Below are positions 60,901 through 64,000 of a stretch of DNA of 64,000 bases, in pieces (position 1 is the stretch's first letter; every line of letters starts with the position of its first letter). The DNA is from Yuukianura sp. NJ FZ-2021. Taxonomy: Eukaryota. The stretch covers positions 2,728,001-2,792,000 of the forward strand of contig CM102284.1 of assembly GCA_046563655.1 (NCBI GenBank). The letters run 5' to 3'. Below the pieces are notes generated by a model that worked only from the letters and a program-made list of their open reading frames with translations, made no database searches and had not been told where the DNA came from. Made by a program: the position numbers and the translations under genes.

Positions 60901-61772
60901 TTTTGAGTGCATTCACATCCGATTTATAGTCACTTGGTAAACAAACTGGTAAAATATTTTCATTAAACTCAATGTTATCTTTGAGTTGGATTATTGCAAT
61001 GTCCGATTGGAAGCCTTGGTTCGGGTTAAAATTTTCGGAAATATGAATACTTTGAATCTTGTGTACTTGGATTCCATCTTCAAATACGTTTTGAGAGTAT
61101 GTGCTACTAACAGATCCGAGTATGACTCGGAACTCGTCAGGATGTCGTAGATTTTGAAGATCTTGAGCAAAACAATGAGCTGCGCTTATAACAATTTGAT
61201 TTCGTATAATTGAACCTCCGCAGATATAGGTCCAAGTATTTTTGGAATTGCGGAAAATGTTGGCATGCCAGGGAAATTGGGATCGGTTTGACTCCACTCC
61301 ATGAATTATTAAGGGTTTCGCGTTTCCTACAATCCGACCGCATTCTAAGAAAAACACAATCGTAAAAAAATATGACCGAAAAGTTCCATATTATAACTAC
61401 GATTTTTAGTAGTATATTACAGCAAAATTTTTAAAAATATTACATGCTACCTTCTTTGCAGTGGAATCCTTCAAAACGTTGTAAACCGTGCCAAATTCCT
61501 TTGGAGTCGCACTTGAGCTTATTGTCTACTACAGAACTTCTGTAGGAATTTTCAAAAGGCGTAAAGTAACTTTTGCATTTGTATTTGATTGTTGTTCCAG
61601 TTTGCTGAAGTCGACCTATGTCGCAGTCGTTTTGCTTGATTCCATTTTTGTGGCAACTGACTTCAACATTTCTTGCCAGTGTCAAAGGTGAACAACTCTC
61701 TTTCAGTTGTGTCGTGACTTCTACAATGAGTGTCCAAATCAAAATAAAAAATATGGATTGAACAAACTCCAT
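57995..61772 (-). CDS. Modular serine protease-like protein (signal, Sushi/CCP, trypsin domain) with ~690-aa LRR-like C-terminal extension
   Basis: Exons 61772-~61451, ~61345-60883, ~60804-60660, ~60583-60498, 60187-57995; CG...PL-IIHG activation site, SAAHC, SDIAII, CNGDSGGGL, H|GIVS, FTRI..YI.WI, then an open frame with LxxLxL repeats. Confidence 0.82.
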
Positions 61773-62671
61773 CACTGAACTACTTTTAAGAAAACGAAAA
61801 TTAAAGGATTTCCAAAGCACACTGATCAAATTATATTTTGGAGAAGCCAAACTGATTTTGATATTTTGTGATAACGTTAAAGTGTCCGTTTAGTTTCTTG
61901 ACCAATTTGGCAATACTAACGACAACCACAATAGTCTGAGTGCGAGACAGGAATGAAAACTGGTTGTATAATTGCAAACTGCAAAAAATCACCTTCTGTA
62001 AAAACCACGCTGGTTTTGATATTTTTATGATCAACGAATTGCGTTGTTTTTCGTTTTGAAAATAACTTGCCAAACTACATTTTTCACTAAATTTTCAATT
62101 GCAAGGAATCAGTTTTTTCTGTCTCATAGTTTTTCTCAATTTCTTTTGTATCTTTTAATCTTTTGATGCTTGACTTTGCGTTTGTGGGTTTAGAATGCAA
62201 TGGCATCGGACTTATTGAACAATAATTATAAAATTTTGTCCGGAAATTGAGCAAAAACTTTGAAAAATTGACATTTTGATTAACAAAGCGGGAATTTTCG
62301 ACACACGTGAAACAATTGGGCATACGGAATTTGGATTTGAAAAATATTTTGCAGTGAACCGTTTACAAATCTTTAGGGCCAAACCTCGAAAAACCTAGTC
62401 GGTAATTTGCATTATGAAAACCAAAACAACAACAATGAAACCCTTGAAAGCTTGATATTTAAAATTACAAAATTTCGAAAACATTTGAAGTATCGTGACA
62501 ATTGGATCTACTGCGGACCTTATTCAAGAGTTTCGACTTGATGACAACCTTCCTTAAAATGTTGCTGACCTTGGCTATTCTTTTAGTCTTCTGGAGACGC
62601 ACGTCTACGACGTGCTGAAGAAGACTATTGATACGACTTTGTCTGTCTGTCACATTTTTTAGGAATTTTTC

Positions 62672-63363
62672 CACTGAAACATAAGGCCTATCCCGTTCGG
62701 GGGGTTATGTATCGCTAAAGTATTTTTAGTAGGTCTACATTTCATTAAAAGTGTTATATTAACAACATGAAAATTAGCGGCTACTTCCCATTACCGACTC
62801 TTCTGACTTAAATTTTTTTGATACCTTTGCATTGCACTGAAAATATTTTTAAACAACGACTTTTTGATCTGGTCATTTTCTGATAGTTAGTTTAATTACA
62901 TTGTTAAACTAAGCCTGGTTAGAGGTTAGAAATTCCGGCTTAAATTCGTAATACGTAAACAGTGCTTAGCAAGGTTCAAATTTGCCTTTGACGACTTTCT
63001 CTGTCTGTCCGTCCGTCCGTTCGCTTTTTTAGTATCTTTTGCACTGAAACATAAGCCCCATCGCAGTCGGGGGGTTATGTATGGCTCAAGTATTTTCATT
63101 AGGTCTACATTGCACTCAAAGTCTTACATTAACAACTCACAAAGCTTGCCTCTGCATCGCGTTGCTGTTTCTTAAGTCCTCAAAATTTTTGTGTTAGGTC
63201 TGCATTATACTCAAAATGTATTTAAACAACGAAGTTTTGATCTGGTCATTTTCTGGCAGTGTGTTTAGTTACGTTGTTAACATAAGACTGATTAGAGGGT
63301 AGAAAATGCGGCTTAAATTCGTAACATGTAAACAGTGCATGACAGTGTTCAAATTTGCCTTTG
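62672..63363. repeat. Two ~320-bp direct repeats with hairpin and (GTCY)n microsatellite (Helitron/DINE-like non-autonomous element)
   Basis: 62672-62990 and 63042-63363 both run from cactgaaacataag to ttcaaatttgcctttg; stem cataagcccc...ggggttatg; each preceded by acgacttt.tctgtctgtc. Confidence 0.7.
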
Positions 63364-64000
63364 CAAGAAATTTTTATTATTTTGATTTTACACAAATGAT
63401 ATTCGCCTCTATTACTTATGCACTTGATTTAACACATGGTGCATGTATTTTGATTTTTAAGAAGCTATAAGTTACACCTGCCTCTCAACGTTCAATTTTG
63501 TGCACACTTATAAGTAGATGCACATAAATGTCAAATTGCGCAGTTATTTTGAAGCTGGGTAATGAACGTTGTTATTTCAACATTTGTGCATACTTGAGAA
63601 CAACTGCACATACATATTTTAGAATGTTGATTACATCCGAATAATTGTGCATTTATATGAACAGATTTAATGGAATTCTAATTTTGTTCATTCTTGAGAA
63701 CAATTTGATGCGGAAATGTTGTGAATCAAAATAATTTTCAGGAGAGTGAAAACGGTTCAGGGCTAAAGCTGAACAACATTCTTATGCAAACGGTTTTTTC
63801 ACATTTTGGTGCAATTGTGCACAAAAAGGCCCACATCTGCACTGAAAGTTATGAGCGACGTTTCGGTGCATAAATCTCGTAAAAACGGTTTCTCTGTTCC
63901 TCTACAGTTTTGAGGCAGGCCGGTTTAAGTCGTATCAATTGCCAACTCCCTCCAGAAGACCTATGCTCAACCCTTGAGCATTGCCCTATACCTTGTTTTT

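Noticed and set aside
63380-63830. Region with recurrent tgtgca / ttgagaacaa words
   Set aside because: Probably a decayed repeat, but no boundaries or unit could be defined

Overview
AT-rich, intron-dense animal genomic DNA. The gene set and protein styles suggest a hexapod, probably a springtail (Collembola); this is inference. In order: the 5' part of a MATH-BTB (SPOP-like) gene; two divergent 7TM chemoreceptor-like genes; a tRNA-derived SINE with a target-site duplication; a CYP2-clan P450; a white-like ABCG transporter; a 4.8-kb tandem duplication, split by a foldback MITE, where each copy holds an intact 8-exon gene fusing a ZAD-like zinc domain to an intron-containing piggyBac transposase with its DDD triad; a small predicted-myristoylated permuted papain-like protein next to an intronless 1,557-aa NACHT-pentapeptide-WD40 (NLR-like) protein carrying a homologous papain-like domain at its C-terminus; a secreted EF-hand protein; an inverted CYP paralog; an SLC7 transporter; two paralogous adhesion GPCRs with WSC-like ectodomains; an intron-bearing Old Yellow Enzyme; tRNA-derived repeats; a BCS1-like ATPase; a ModSP-like protease fused to a ~690-aa LRR-like tail; and a terminal tandem repeat. 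Best candidates for a new system are the NLR/papain-like gene pair and the ZAD-piggyBac fusion genes. GC-AG introns also appear unusually frequent. Gene models were spliced by eye and family calls rest on motif recognition, not database searches.
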